Part shown: positions 25,448 to 36,650 of the stretch, in pieces
Layout of the letters: each line of letters opens with the position of its first letter
Numbering within the stretch: position 1 is the stretch's first letter
Assembly (NCBI RefSeq): GCF_037042905.1
Contig: NC_087251.1
Span: 22,694,001-22,758,000 of the forward strand
DNA from: Lytechinus pictus
Lineage: Eukaryota
DNA length: 64,000 nt
Reading direction: 5' to 3'
The notes under the pieces: generated by a model
Databases searched by the model: none
The model's input: only the letters and a program-made list of their open reading frames with translations
What the model was told of the DNA's origin: nothing
Program-made: the position numbers and the translations under genes

Positions 25448-27877
25448 ATGTACAGTATGAATAGTTGCTCGACGATACATGTGGGCGTGTCCGCGGCTAA
25501 GGGCACCGCCTCGCGAGAGAGCGTGGCGGTTAACAGTAGAATGGAGCAGTGTTCCAATCCTTGTAACTCAGTTATATCCCCATATTTCCATGCTGTTGGC
25601 GGTTATGACTATAACTATGAAGAGAAAGAAGTAGAAGTAGAGATAAGGAGTGCGTGTGAGGTGAATTTAATCAGCGAATCAATGGCAGAGACATTGGGAT
25701 TGGAGATAGTGATTGATGAGATGATGATTGAAGAAGATTACATTGAAATAATACCTAAATATGTAAACAAGAATGGTATCATTGGCCTGACTTATTTCTC
25801 ACTCTTCTGTAATGGCCTAGAATTACAATTTGATGGTTTGGTTGTTGAGGATGATGCCATGACAAATACTGGAATTATTGCTGGTGCCCCATTTATGGAG
25901 GCAAATGACATCTCCGTTAGACCAGCTAGGCATCTGATCACATTCAGTGATGATTCTGTTTTCATCTATCATAGTAAACCAAGTGGTGTCATGAGTGACA
26001 AATCTTTAGTATGCAAGAATACTCGTGTAGATCTAGATCAGTCTACTCATGATGATGTTGATCCTATGCATGTGGTGTCTAGGCCAGACCCCATTGCTAT
26101 AGTCCCAGGGAATTGTGAACAAGATCTTGGTGTCTACTCAGATGAGAGTCGGCTGAATCTGAGTGTTGTGTCTAAGGATGTCCAGTCCTCCGAGTCTGAA
26201 TGTTCCGCCAATTGTGTAGAGTCAAGTGGGGTTAGTCAAAACCGACCGAACAGGAATCTCAGTGAAGTTGTTCACATTACTCCTCTAGTGAATGATGTTG
26301 TTGTGCATAGGCCTACTTCTGATATTGTGCCTGATACATCCGACAAGTTTCGTATGCCTGTCTCGAAGGCTCATTCTCATCTGTCAGGTTCTGGTTTGAC
26401 CTACGAAGAAGTGCAGTTGCCTGAGCTCGATGATTTGCACTCGCCCGTTTCGGCCTGCTTGTTGCACAAGCCCGATTCTATCGTTTCGCTGCTCATGTCC
26501 GATTCTCACGTTTCGCTGCGCTTGCCCGATTCGTTAGATGATAAGTCATGCTTGCCTCATTCGATCGTTTCGCCGTGCTTGCATGATCCAGCAGCTGATC
26601 AGTCAAACTTAACCGATTCGGATCCACTCAACAAACAGCGCTCGTTCGTTTCGCTCGGTGACGATTTCGTGGTTGAGTTGGAGTCGAACATCTTGACATC
26701 TCCACACTCACCTGGTCATTCACACACGACACCCCACAAACATGACACATCACAATCCTCGTACAATGATCCTTATATCGGTACACGATACTTCCAGTCA
26801 CATGACCAACCACACACTGATAGCCTAAGAAATCTTCCTCCGGCCATTGTTCGTACCATAGAGATGACTGATAACCACCCTTGTCGCTACCCACCAGATT
26901 CTGCAGAAGTCATCCCTATGAAAGTAACCGGCGATACAGTCCTTGACTCAGAGTTGCCAAATCATGTCACCTTTGATTCCACCCCAAAGAAGGTAGCCTG
27001 TTGCGCCGATGGACACGACTCTCCGTCACTAGCCCATGGTGCCCGTGACCGTGGTCCTTCAGTAGAGCAAAGAGCACTTGATCACCGTCCTCCATCTTTA
27101 GCCTGTGGTACCCATAATGACAATTCTTCATCAGTGACAGTAGCCCATGTTGCCCATGATCACAGCTCACCAGAGACAGTCACCCGTGGTGCCCATGGTC
27201 ACAGTTCTTCAGTGACAGTAGCCCGTGATGCCTATGATCACGGTTCCTCAGAGACAGCCCTTGGTGCCCATGATCACGGTTCCTCAGAGACAGTAGGCCG
27301 TGGTGCCCATGATCACGGTTCCTCGGAGACAGTGGCCCGTGGTGTCCATGATCACGGTTCACCTACCTCGAGAGCCCATGGTTCCCTTGACACTGACCTT
27401 CAGATGACAGCCAGCCCTACTGACCATCCTCAACTGACGGCCTGCAGTTTCACTGACCCTCCAGGGCCCCAAGCTGATGACGGCATACTTATGTTACCGG
27501 CCCCTACTCCATTTGCCATTCCTCAGCTGAGTAGTCCCACACCCATCTCTCCTGACATCCCTGAATGTTTTAGTAAGGTGCCTCTGCCCCTGTCTCACAA
27601 AGACAGTAGCCCGCCCATAATTCCTAATCTTTCCCAACCCACAGGTTCCAGTCCACATACGGCATCCTATATCTTTCAGTCAGGTATCACCCCCGATATC
27701 CCAGCAGCGGTTGATGACTACCCGAGCCAGCCTTGCCTGTTTACCACAGCCCATGACCACCCTCCAGAATTTTCCCCTCTCGTACGAAAAGCCCTGGACT
27801 TTCATTCCCCTGCCCCATTGCTAGTCGTCCCTTTAGACCCCCCATCTACCCCATATCATATGATTTGTGCTTATTAG
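25448..27877 (+). CDS. 809-aa retroelement ORF: degenerate retropepsin-like domain plus long Ser/Pro/His-rich region with tandem repeats
   Basis: Uninterrupted ORF. VEIRSACEVNLIS...LGLEI...FDGLVVE...IIAGAPFMEANDISVRPARHLITF resembles Gypsy-type aspartic proteases, but DSG is replaced by RSA. No RT, RNase H or integrase motifs seen. Confidence 0.75.
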   Translation: MYSMNSCSTIHVGVSAAKGTASRESVAVNSRMEQCSNPCNSVISPYFHAVGGYDYNYEEKEVEVEIRSACEVNLISESMAETLGLEIVIDEMMIEEDYIEIIPKYVNKNGIIGLTYFSLFCNGLELQFDGLVVEDDAMTNTGIIAGAPFMEANDISVRPARHLITFSDDSVFIYHSKPSGVMSDKSLVCKNTRVDLDQSTHDDVDPMHVVSRPDPIAIVPGNCEQDLGVYSDESRLNLSVVSKDVQSSESECSANCVESSGVSQNRPNRNLSEVVHITPLVNDVVVHRPTSDIVPDTSDKFRMPVSKAHSHLSGSGLTYEEVQLPELDDLHSPVSACLLHKPDSIVSLLMSDSHVSLRLPDSLDDKSCLPHSIVSPCLHDPAADQSNLTDSDPLNKQRSFVSLGDDFVVELESNILTSPHSPGHSHTTPHKHDTSQSSYNDPYIGTRYFQSHDQPHTDSLRNLPPAIVRTIEMTDNHPCRYPPDSAEVIPMKVTGDTVLDSELPNHVTFDSTPKKVACCADGHDSPSLAHGARDRGPSVEQRALDHRPPSLACGTHNDNSSSVTVAHVAHDHSSPETVTRGAHGHSSSVTVARDAYDHGSSETALGAHDHGSSETVGRGAHDHGSSETVARGVHDHGSPTSRAHGSLDTDLQMTASPTDHPQLTACSFTDPPGPQADDGILMLPAPTPFAIPQLSSPTPISPDIPECFSKVPLPLSHKDSSPPIIPNLSQPTGSSPHTASYIFQSGITPDIPAAVDDYPSQPCLFTTAHDHPPEFSPLVRKALDFHSPAPLLVVPLDPPSTPYHMICAY
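27030..27385 (+). repeat. 39-bp coding minisatellite (~9 units, GAHDHGSSETVAR)
   Basis: GCCCGTGGTGCCCATGATCACGGTTCCTCAGAGACAGT variants; one unit is 36 bp, so the frame is preserved. Confidence 0.9.
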
Positions 27878-29371
27878 GACTGGACCTTACATGTTGTATG
27901 TGTTGACTTTTTGCATGTACATTTTTTAGGTTGTACTCCATTAAACTGCTGTTTATCCTGATGTTGTGTATTTTTTTTTTTTCGTCAATCTGGCTTAATT
28001 GTTTTTTATTATATTTAATGTACTTTCTCATTTTCCCCCCTTTTTTAACGTGTATTTAGACACTGTAATTAGAGTTAACTGTTGATTTATGTTTTGGATA
28101 ATCGCTGAGTTTAGGATGTGACTTTTTCATTGATTGTTGATGTGTGAGTTAGTGTATTTGATATTTGCTCACTTGTTTATTACATTGGAGGTAGACAATG
28201 TGCTGAGTATTACTTGACTGGAGTGACTGACATGGTTGTTTCATGAATGAGGGTAAGGTGTAAGGATGTACCATGATGCAGGTTGTTATGTGTTCCTATG
28301 AAGTGAAGGTGGGATGAAGAGATAGAGTGAAGAGGTAGAGTGTAAGGTGCAAGAATGTACCATGATGCAGGTTGTTATGTTTCCTACCAATATGAAGTGA
28401 AGTTGGGATAAAGAGATAGAGTGAAGAGGTAGATTGTAAATGACAGCTGATGCTAAATGAGAGGTAGCAGAACTCATGTTTGATTTAATGTATTGTTTGT
28501 ACTGTTTACACCAGCATACAGTTTAATTATGGAGTAGTGTTTTGATAGTTTATTGACAAGCAATCATTGGTACAAATATAATCCTCATGTTTTGGTTTGC
28601 TATTTTGCCTCACATTAATGTTTAGATTTGTTTATTGATGCATATCATATCATCATACCTGTCATGTATCTGTTATTGTTGTTTTATTATCAATCTGGTA
28701 TAGGCATTTTGAATAAATTGTATCCTCCTTTGATGGTGGGATATTGTTTGTATTTGACTTTAACAGTGCATTTATGTATATATGTTATGTCAATTGATAG
28801 GCAGGATTTATTATGTATGCAGGCAATTTTATTATTTGAAAGTTTCTTGCTCTTTATGGATAAGAATTTGATTGGAGTTTAGTATGGCTTCATTTATCTT
28901 TTTAGAGTGTCATTGTATTTTATTGCTGTGTTTTATTATTTTAGCAGACTTGCCTCATTCACCATTTTTGAATGGATATTAAGGAGATTAAGATAAAATG
29001 TCAAATGATGTATATGTGTCTTTTAAAGCTGCTTAATAATGAGGATTTGTAATGTGTATTTTTGGATGATTGCTGAAGTTTAATGGGATCTTTTTATATG
29101 CAAGTTATATGCAAGTAGTAATGATTTGTATGTTGAAAGACATTTGACTGGTTTTTAGTTTGTAGATGATTTAAAGTGTTGAAAGGCAATTTAATATTTT
29201 ATGCTGTAAAGAGGAAGTAAAACAAAATGAGATCTGCTTAACAATCTTAGATATGTTAGTTGGTGATACATAGAATTGTGTTATGTTAGATTTAGTAGAG
29301 TTGTTCTTGTTACTATTGGTTGGATAGTTTAGATAATGAGGGAGAAGAAAATATGAAGGAAAAATGAGTCA

Positions 29372-29523
29372 CGCCAAGGTGTTGATTATGAATGCATTGT
29401 CGCTACATTGTACAGCGCGCGGATATCCGTTTATCCGGCCTCTTGGCCGTGTTGTTAATAAAGCACACACTCCCACTCAATACTCCGTCTGGTAAATTAT
29501 CTTTTATTTTATTAATACTGGCG
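29372..29523 (+). repeat. 3' LTR
   Basis: Identical to the 5' LTR and preceded by a purine-rich tract. Confidence 0.92.
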
Positions 29524-29856
29524 GTCACTCTTCGCCAAGAATCCACGGGTCGCCATTCAAGATGAGCTCATGAATATTCAATATGACGTCATAGCAGCCC
29601 GCGCTCTCATTGGATGATTTTCACCGACCAGTTTTTGGTCGGTATATTCATGTATTGGTAAAAACAATAAAATAAGAAAAGAAAGTCGGTGAAATTCGGG
29701 TCAGATGTCAAGAGGCCCTGTTTCGCGGCGCTCTGCTTCGCTCTCTCCCTTGCTTCGCAATGTTCGCTCGGAATGTTCACACTGTTCGCCGACAGGGCCT
29801 CGACAAGAGGCTACCAAAATTGTGGCTCATTGTAGCGGCCGGAACAGTGTAACGGA

Positions 29857-31577
29857 CCCGGGGGGGGGGGGGGCACTTCCATCCACGAGTGGATACCATG
29901 CGCGACCATGAGATCTCAAAAAGCACCCTAATGAACACGTTTATTTTCTATATTCTGAAAATGCACCCCTTAACAAGTATTGACGTGTGAAACCCTACCC
30001 TTAACAAATATTGGAAACAAAACGATGCTATTGGCAAGTATTCCCTGAATTGAACCCCTAAACAAGTACAGCGATATTTCAATGTTATGTCACGGACGTC
30101 GGTCGTCGGTTTTACCTTTACCTACATCATTGCTATGGGTTTAGTACAGCCAAACTCGCGCAAATCGTACTCCTGGGGCAAAAAGTACATCCTTTATATG
30201 ACATTTTAGTCTTGATTTTTTATACCCTCGCGAATTTGACCCTAAACGCGTAGTTTTCCTAGCAAAATAGATACCCTTTTTCACTATTTTAGTGTTTTTG
30301 ACACCCTTATTACGTTACGTACGTAACGCGCCCTATCTTGAAACCCTGAAAAAGACATCCTTTTACGTGTTTTTTTGGTCGCGCCCGGGGGGGGGGGGGA
30401 CACATCCATTGACGAGTGGATACCATGCGCGACCATGGGGTCTCGAAAAGCACCCTAAGCACGTATTTTCCATATTCTGAAAATGCACCCCTCAACAAGT
30501 ATTGGCGTGTGAAACCCTACCCTTAACAAGTATTGGAAACAAAACGATACTATAGGGAAGTCTTCCCTGAATTGAACCCCTAAACAAGTACAACGATATT
30601 TCAATTGTTATGTCACGGACGTCGTTCGTCGGTTTTACCTTTACCTATCATTGGTTAAAGGGATGGTCCGGGCTGAAAGTATGTATAGCTCAGTAAATAG
30701 AGCAGAATTCACTGAGCAAAATGCCGAAAATTTCATCAAAATCGGATAACAAATAAAGTTATTGAATTTTAAAGTTTAGCAATATTTTGTGGAAACAGTC
30801 GTCATGAATATTCATGAGGTGGGCTGATGATGTCACATCTCCACTTGTTCTTTTGTATTTTGTTATATGAAATTAGGTTTATTCAATTTTTTTCCTCCAA
30901 GAACTAAAATAATTGGATTGAAAACTGATTTAGTGCATTAGATATTTATTGCTGCAACTTATTTCATTATAAGGGAGACATATTATTCACACAAGTATGA
31001 AATAATGAAAAAATTATGATTTTATGTAATAACATAAGAAAACGGAAAGTGGAGATGTGACATCATCAGCCCACCTAATGAATATTCATGACGACCGTTT
31101 TCACAAAATATTGCTAAACTTTAAACTTCAATAACTTCATCATTTGTTATCCGATTTTGATGAAATTTTCGGCATTTTGCTCAGTGAATTCTGCTCTATG
31201 TATTAAAATATGAATATTTTCAGCCCGGACCATCCCTTTAAGTACAGCCCCACCTCCCATGCACACCTCGCGAAAATCATACTCTAAACACGTAGTGTTG
31301 ACTCTTGGGGAAAAAGGTACATCCTTTATTAAACATTTTAGTCTTAATTTTTTATACCCTCACAAATATACACGTAGCGATCCTAGCAAAAATAGGCCTT
31401 TTTTCATTATTTTAGTGTTTTTGACATCCTTATTACGTTACGTAAGTAACGTGCCCTATCTTGAAAAATACATCCTTTTTACGTGTTTTTTTGGTCGCGC
31501 ATGGTATCCACTCGTCAATGTAAATGGGTCGCGCTTGGTATCCGTCAATGTAAGTGCCCCCCCCCCCCGGGGGGGGT
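29857..31577. mobile_element. Two tandem copies of a CCCGGG(G)n-ended MITE (29857-~30384, ~30384-31577)
   Basis: CCCGGGGG..GCAC..ACGAGTGGATACCATGCGCGACC starts both copies; the inverse GGTCGCGCATGGTATCCACTCGTC...CCCCGG ends copy 2; interiors are homologous. Confidence 0.8.
30659..31237. mobile_element. Kolobok/T2-like palindromic MITE nested in the second copy
   Basis: TTAA|AGGGATGGTCCGGGCTGAAA...TTTCAGCCCGGACCATCCCT|TTAA; arms ~200 bp. Confidence 0.85.
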
Positions 31578-32286
31578 AACGGAAAATGTGCGAAGCTTTG
31601 GAGCGGATTTCTTTTTTTTTTCTCGATAAGAAGAAAATGCTATGCTTTGGAGCGGCTTTCTTTGTTCTTTTTCTCAATAAGACAAAAATGCTATGCCTTG
31701 GAATGGAAATTGGAGTGTAAAAATGGAGGTTCCCTCCGCGGCACATACCCACTATGCATTATATACTGAGTTCCCCCCCCCCCCAGGGATTGGTCCAATT
31801 GCCATTCGTCCATATCCATATATTTGACTCAGTGTTAATTCATTGGGCAAAGTGAATGAAAATGAAACAGGTATAAGAACAACTGGTTATGAGACGAAAT
31901 GTTCATAGACGAACTGGTGATTAGATGAATGATTGGATCGAAATGGCTATTGGACCAAAATGGTTATTATACGAAATGTTGATGGACGGAATGGCATTGA
32001 ATATATAAAGTGAAACATGAACATAATACATGTTGATAAATTAAAATTGAATTGAATCATTCATTTCTATTTCATTTTATTGTCCACATGGAAATGAGTT
32101 TTGCTCACATTATAAACATTTTTAACAAAGTATTATAGGCCTATATACACTAGCGTACCTAGCGTACCTCCCCCAGGGCCTACGACCCGACCTGCATGCC
32201 TACACATACAAGCCACTGCTTTGGCCACCTCCTCCTCCTCATTGTAATGATACGAGATTATGTTGTGCTAACTGCATCATAGTAAA

Positions 32287-33648
32287 CAGTGGCGTACCTT
32301 GGGTCACGGCATGGGGGGCACCAGCAAACATTTTTAGTCACTTAGTGAGCGCGCGAAGCGCGCTCAGTTGCCAGGTATACTGACCTAATACATGTTATAG
32401 AGACATTTTAAGGACAGTGGCGTTAAACGGATATCTCACTGATCAAATAATGCGAGTGCGAAGCGCGAGCTGAAAATTTAGGAAATTCAGACCTGAAGAG
32501 GAGCATTGTTTGTAAGAATTCACGAAGACCATATACGAATTTTACTACCCAAATTATGCGAGCGCGAAGCGAGAGCTAAAATTTTTGTATAAATTTTTGT
32601 ATAAATTGACCCCAAACAGGAATATTTTAAAGACTATTTTTTAAAGGAATCATATCTCACCATAGTCATCTAATTTGAGTGCCAATATAAGCGCTTGCTG
32701 ATTTTGTTAGAATTACATTTACACAATGACGCACTTTTTGTAGTCATTGTAATCATGATTATCATACGCATCTCACTAATCAAATATTGCGAGCGCGAAA
32801 CGCGAGCTGAAAATTAAGGAAATTCAGACCTGAAGAGGGGCATTCTAAGTCTTGTTAGTAGGAATTGACTGAGACCATACGTTTTTCACTAACTAAATGA
32901 TGCGAGCGCGAGCTGAAAATTTATGATATTCATATTAGAAAAAGGGACATTTTAAGGACTGCACAGCAAAAACTGTGATGTTAACCGGTGTACATAGAGG
33001 ACCACACCAGTTATTTTACACCGGTGTTGAATTGGTGGTGTTAGTTTTACACCTATAGGTGTCATTACAACACCTTTGATTGTTACATTTACACGCTTTG
33101 GTGTTATTTTTAATCTCTAGGGTGTAATTTTAACACCTCACGGTGTGGTCCTCTATTAACACCAACTGGTGTCAGTTTTAACACCGCAGTTTTTACAGTG
33201 TGATTTTAGAGGAATTCATGAAAAGCAGACATATCCTCACCAATCTACTAATGCGAACGTAAGCACGGACATGAAATGCTTTATATTAAACTTAAAATGA
33301 GGCAATCACTTTAAGTAGTCATGAAAAAGAAGCTTATGTCACTATATAAAACAATAATAACTCGAAGTGCGAGGAAATATATTTGATGTATATTGACTTG
33401 AAAACGGAAGGTTTTAGTACAACATGATTATATATCTCGTTAAACAGAATATGCGAGCACCATGAATAATGAAGACATAATTAAGCCCTGAACAAATTAT
33501 GTTTCATAAAGTTATGAAAAAATGTTTCTTATGTAATATAACATAACATAATCATCTTTTCCTCTACATTTCTCTTCCTTTCTCCTTTCTCCCATCCGAT
33601 AGGGGGGGGGGGGGCGTGCCCCCCATGCCCCCCGTAGTTACGCCACTA
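32287..33648. mobile_element. hAT-type non-autonomous element
   Basis: CAGTGGCGTA...TACGCCACTA with an 8-bp TSD ATAGTAAA; periodic GCGAGCGCGAAGCGCGAGC motifs inside. Confidence 0.85.
32962..33200. mobile_element. EnSpm/CACTA-like MITE nested in the hAT element
   Basis: TG|CACAGCAAAAACTG...CAGTTTTTACAGTG|TG (2-bp TSD); ACACC/GGTGT subterminal repeats. Confidence 0.75.
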
Positions 33649-33929
33649 ATAGTAAATATGAAAAATCGACAAAGATTAATTGAAATGAATGAAATTGAAA
33701 TTGAAATCAAATTGCTCATTGAATATTCATGAAGAATTACGTAGAAAATTCTAATTTTCACCGCAATGGTGTAAAGCTTTAGAATGTCACAACCTTGTCA
33801 TTCCTTGTCCGGTTTTGATGAAAGTTAGTTAAGTATTTTGTTTTTTCTAATTTTACTCCATCTGTTCAAATCCTGTTTTTCACTCACAACGGGACGATTG
33901 AGGGCAGTACGAATTACGATATTATTGGC

Positions 33930-34122
33930 CTTCCATATCCATATCACTCGACGCGACCGTGTTTGCATTGGTAGAAAAACGGTATACCGGTAACGATACC
34001 TAGAAAAACGTGCGAGTGGGGAGAATTGAGAAATTACGATATATAATTTCGCTGAAAATAACGCCTTTAACAACTTTAAATTACGTCAAATAAAACTGAA
34101 TTTGAAGAATTTAAATGTAAGT
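33930..34122 (+). promoter_or_regulatory. Probable CPSF2 promoter / non-coding first exon
   Basis: CpG-rich stretch ending in an AAT|GTAAGT donor at 34117; candidate acceptor TTCTAG at 37202 upstream of the ATG. Confidence 0.45.
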
Positions 34123-34919
34123 AGCCCTGGACTTGCCGTTCTGTTAGTCTTAAGGGCGTTTTTATCCTAATTAGCTTTTTTCCACTGCTGCAACTGGTCA
34201 TGTTGTTGGTAATGCCTTAATTCATTGTGCACGCAATTTTTTTTGCACGTATCATGCATATATGATATCACATTTTCGTGATTATAGCATTCAAATTGTA
34301 TATGAGCTACATCACCGGCTTTTTGTGAAGTTTAGTGTGTGTGTAAGAGAGAGAGAGACACTGATCAGGGCAGCAACAAAGACACTTGGCACTTAACCGT
34401 TTAACGTTACTTAGGTCTGAAAATGAGTGACGTGAGTGAATGTTTGACTTTGACTTTTGAGTTTTTACAGACACGACATGTGTATTCCAGCAACTGTGTG
34501 AACTGTGATGGTTGTCATGGTTGTGGTAATTTGAATAATCATGTGTGACATTAAAATATTTTTGGGAGATAAGGCCTTTAATTATTATTGGCGCGCGCGC
34601 AGCAGCACCTTTGTCTTTGTCAGGCTTTGAATTTTTAAATGCTGTTCTCATGTAGCCTTGTCTTGTGAGGACTCTGTGATGATATTTAAAAAATATTGAC
34701 ACATTACGTAGCCGTAGTCCTAGCCAGGCCATGCTAGCGCATACCTTGAACCGCTTCATTATTATAACACTGTATAATCAAAATTCAAATTATTTGTTAA
34801 ATAATAATTTTCATCTATAAATTGTTCTTCAATACGGCATTTTGTAACATCATCGAAGATACATCGTGTAATCATTTACTTACCCAGTTAGCAATTTACA
34901 ATCTATAATATAGTCTATA

Positions 34920-36650
34920 CAGTGCGTTTAGAAAAAAGGTAATCCAAATCTAGAGGGCCGTTATTCGGATCATATGTATTTTTGTGAAATTATTCTGCAT
35001 GGGTATGAAAGAGAAACTCATAAGCTTTCCACTGATAGTGATACCCCATTTGTACCATCTGTGTCATGCATGACCAAATTAGTTGATGTTGAAGACAGCA
35101 GGTGCAGGTAGGCCTACCACTTTTTCCAAGTTCTGGTAAAGTTGGTAATGTGTGCTTGATAGAATAAAATAAAGAAGTAATTTTTTAATGAAGAGTCGAG
35201 GCATTCCTCTGAAATGGTGATTGAAAGGTTAATGTCTTATTTACCATCACCTATTTTCAACATTTCCTCCTCTCCTTTGCTCACAAAACTGAAATGGAAC
35301 CAACCTACAGTACATACCAAATATGTCTAACAAGGCACAGAGGGTTCAGAATGTTAGTAGAAGAAATCTTTGGGGATGTACCAAGGAGGTCAAATCCACT
35401 GCATATAAATCCTTAAGGCCCATCCTAGAATACGCCTCTGCAGCATGGGACCCGGCACTTGAGCAAAACATCAACTCACTTGAACGAATTCAAAGACAAG
35501 CAGCGAGATTCTGCACTAACAACTACACAAGAGAAGATGGTGTTGTTACAGGGGCCTAATGGATTAAGGCTGGGCTACACTCAAAGCTAGAAGAACCAAG
35601 CGAAGGCTTTGCATGATGTTCAAGATGGTGAATGGACTAGTCTCAATCCCCATTCAGGACTATGTCCAATTCAATGAAAGATCTACGAGACACAACCCCA
35701 AAAAGTTTAAACAGATCCGGCATAAAGCTAGTGCCTTCCAAGACTCTTTTTTTTGTATCAACCATACTTGACTGGAATAAACTCCCTGCAGACATAATTA
35801 ACTCATTATCTTTGGACTCCTTCAAAAGTAAATTATACCTCAATTAATACTTCGAGCCACCCCACACTTAGCGTGCTCCTCAAGTTAGCGTGATGTGCCA
35901 ACCCTGGTATTTTGCTGACTGAACGATACAGATACAGAAAACTGGTAGCATGGAGGGATTAAGGGTATCTTGGACAGCTCGTCTTGCCATTGTTGGATCA
36001 TTGCACAAAAAAGCATCCACCTCGTGTCGAATTCGGCCCTGCAAATCATCAAGATATTGAGGAGGAATTAAAAATACCTTGTTTTTTAAATGTCCCCAAA
36101 GGAAATAATCACAGGGCGTGAGGTAAGGGGATCTTGGTGGCCTTTCTACGTCATGGTTGAGGGCAACAACTTGATGTCCAAAGAGTTCTTTGGGTCAATC
36201 TCGAATGATGTTCGAACGAAACACAGGAGTGCTAGTCCTGAATCCACCAAAGATGCAGGTTCACTCCTCGATTCTGCCTCTAAAAATTTTGGTCCAACGA
36301 CTGTGGTACGATTGCTCATTAATCATTTGCAATTACATTTGCCCATTTACACTCCTTTGAAAGGAAAAGGTCCAATCAAGATTTTTGCCAGCTCAGGCAT
36401 CGATGAAAGTATTTACATCTGCATCTACCCTTTCATCAAGTTTTCAAAAAAATTGAAAAAGTGGTATCTGTACCTGTTGTCTTCAACATCAATTAATTTG
36501 GTCATGCGTGGCACAAATGGTACATATGGGGTGTAAATGGAAAGCTAATGAGTTTTTCTTTCACATCCATGCAGAATAATTCCCCAAAATTAAATATAGT
36601 TCGAATACCGGCCCTTTAGAATTGGATTACCTTTTTTCTGAAATACACTG
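34920..36650 (-). mobile_element. Decayed Tc1/mariner transposon with ~200-bp TIRs
   Basis: TA|CAGTGCGTTTAGAAAAAAAGGTAATCCAA...TTGGATTACCTTTTTTCTGAAATACACTG|TA; the minus strand near 36075-36142 reads PPRSPYLTPCDYFLWGHLKNKVF (WPPRSPDLTPxDFFLWG motif). Confidence 0.85.
35285..35940 (+). mobile_element. 5'-truncated LINE 3' end nested in the mariner
   Basis: AYKSLRPILEYASAAWDP..INSLERIQRQAARF and FFVSTILDWNKLP..SLDSFK are LINE ORF2 C-terminal motifs, broken by stops and frameshifts. Confidence 0.8.

Larger units (their letters stand above)
25135..29523 (+). mobile_element. Non-autonomous LTR retroelement with CG..CG termini and 3-bp TSD (Troyka-like)
   Basis: Identical 152-bp direct repeats (25135-25286, 29372-29523) bounded by CGCCA...TGGCG; GTC duplicated at 25132-25134 / 29524-29526; PBS-like TGGTGGCAGC right after the 5' LTR; purine tract 29338-29368; AATAAA in the LTR. 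Confidence 0.9.
24390..29813 (-). mobile_element. Non-autonomous Academ(H)-like DNA transposon, copy 2 (inverted; interrupted by the LTR element)
   Basis: TAGCCTCTCGTCGAGGCCCTG ... CAGGGCCTCGACAAGAGGCTA; flanks CAAAAATTG / CCAAAATTG (9 bp, 1 mismatch); 24390-25134 plus 29524-29813 is the reverse complement of copy 1. Confidence 0.85.

Noticed and set aside
27030..27385. CRISPR-like array
   Set aside because: Head-to-tail coding minisatellite without unique spacers; eukaryotic context and no cas genes.
36090..36536. 148-aa plus-strand ORF
   Set aside because: Antisense to the decayed mariner transposase and TIR.
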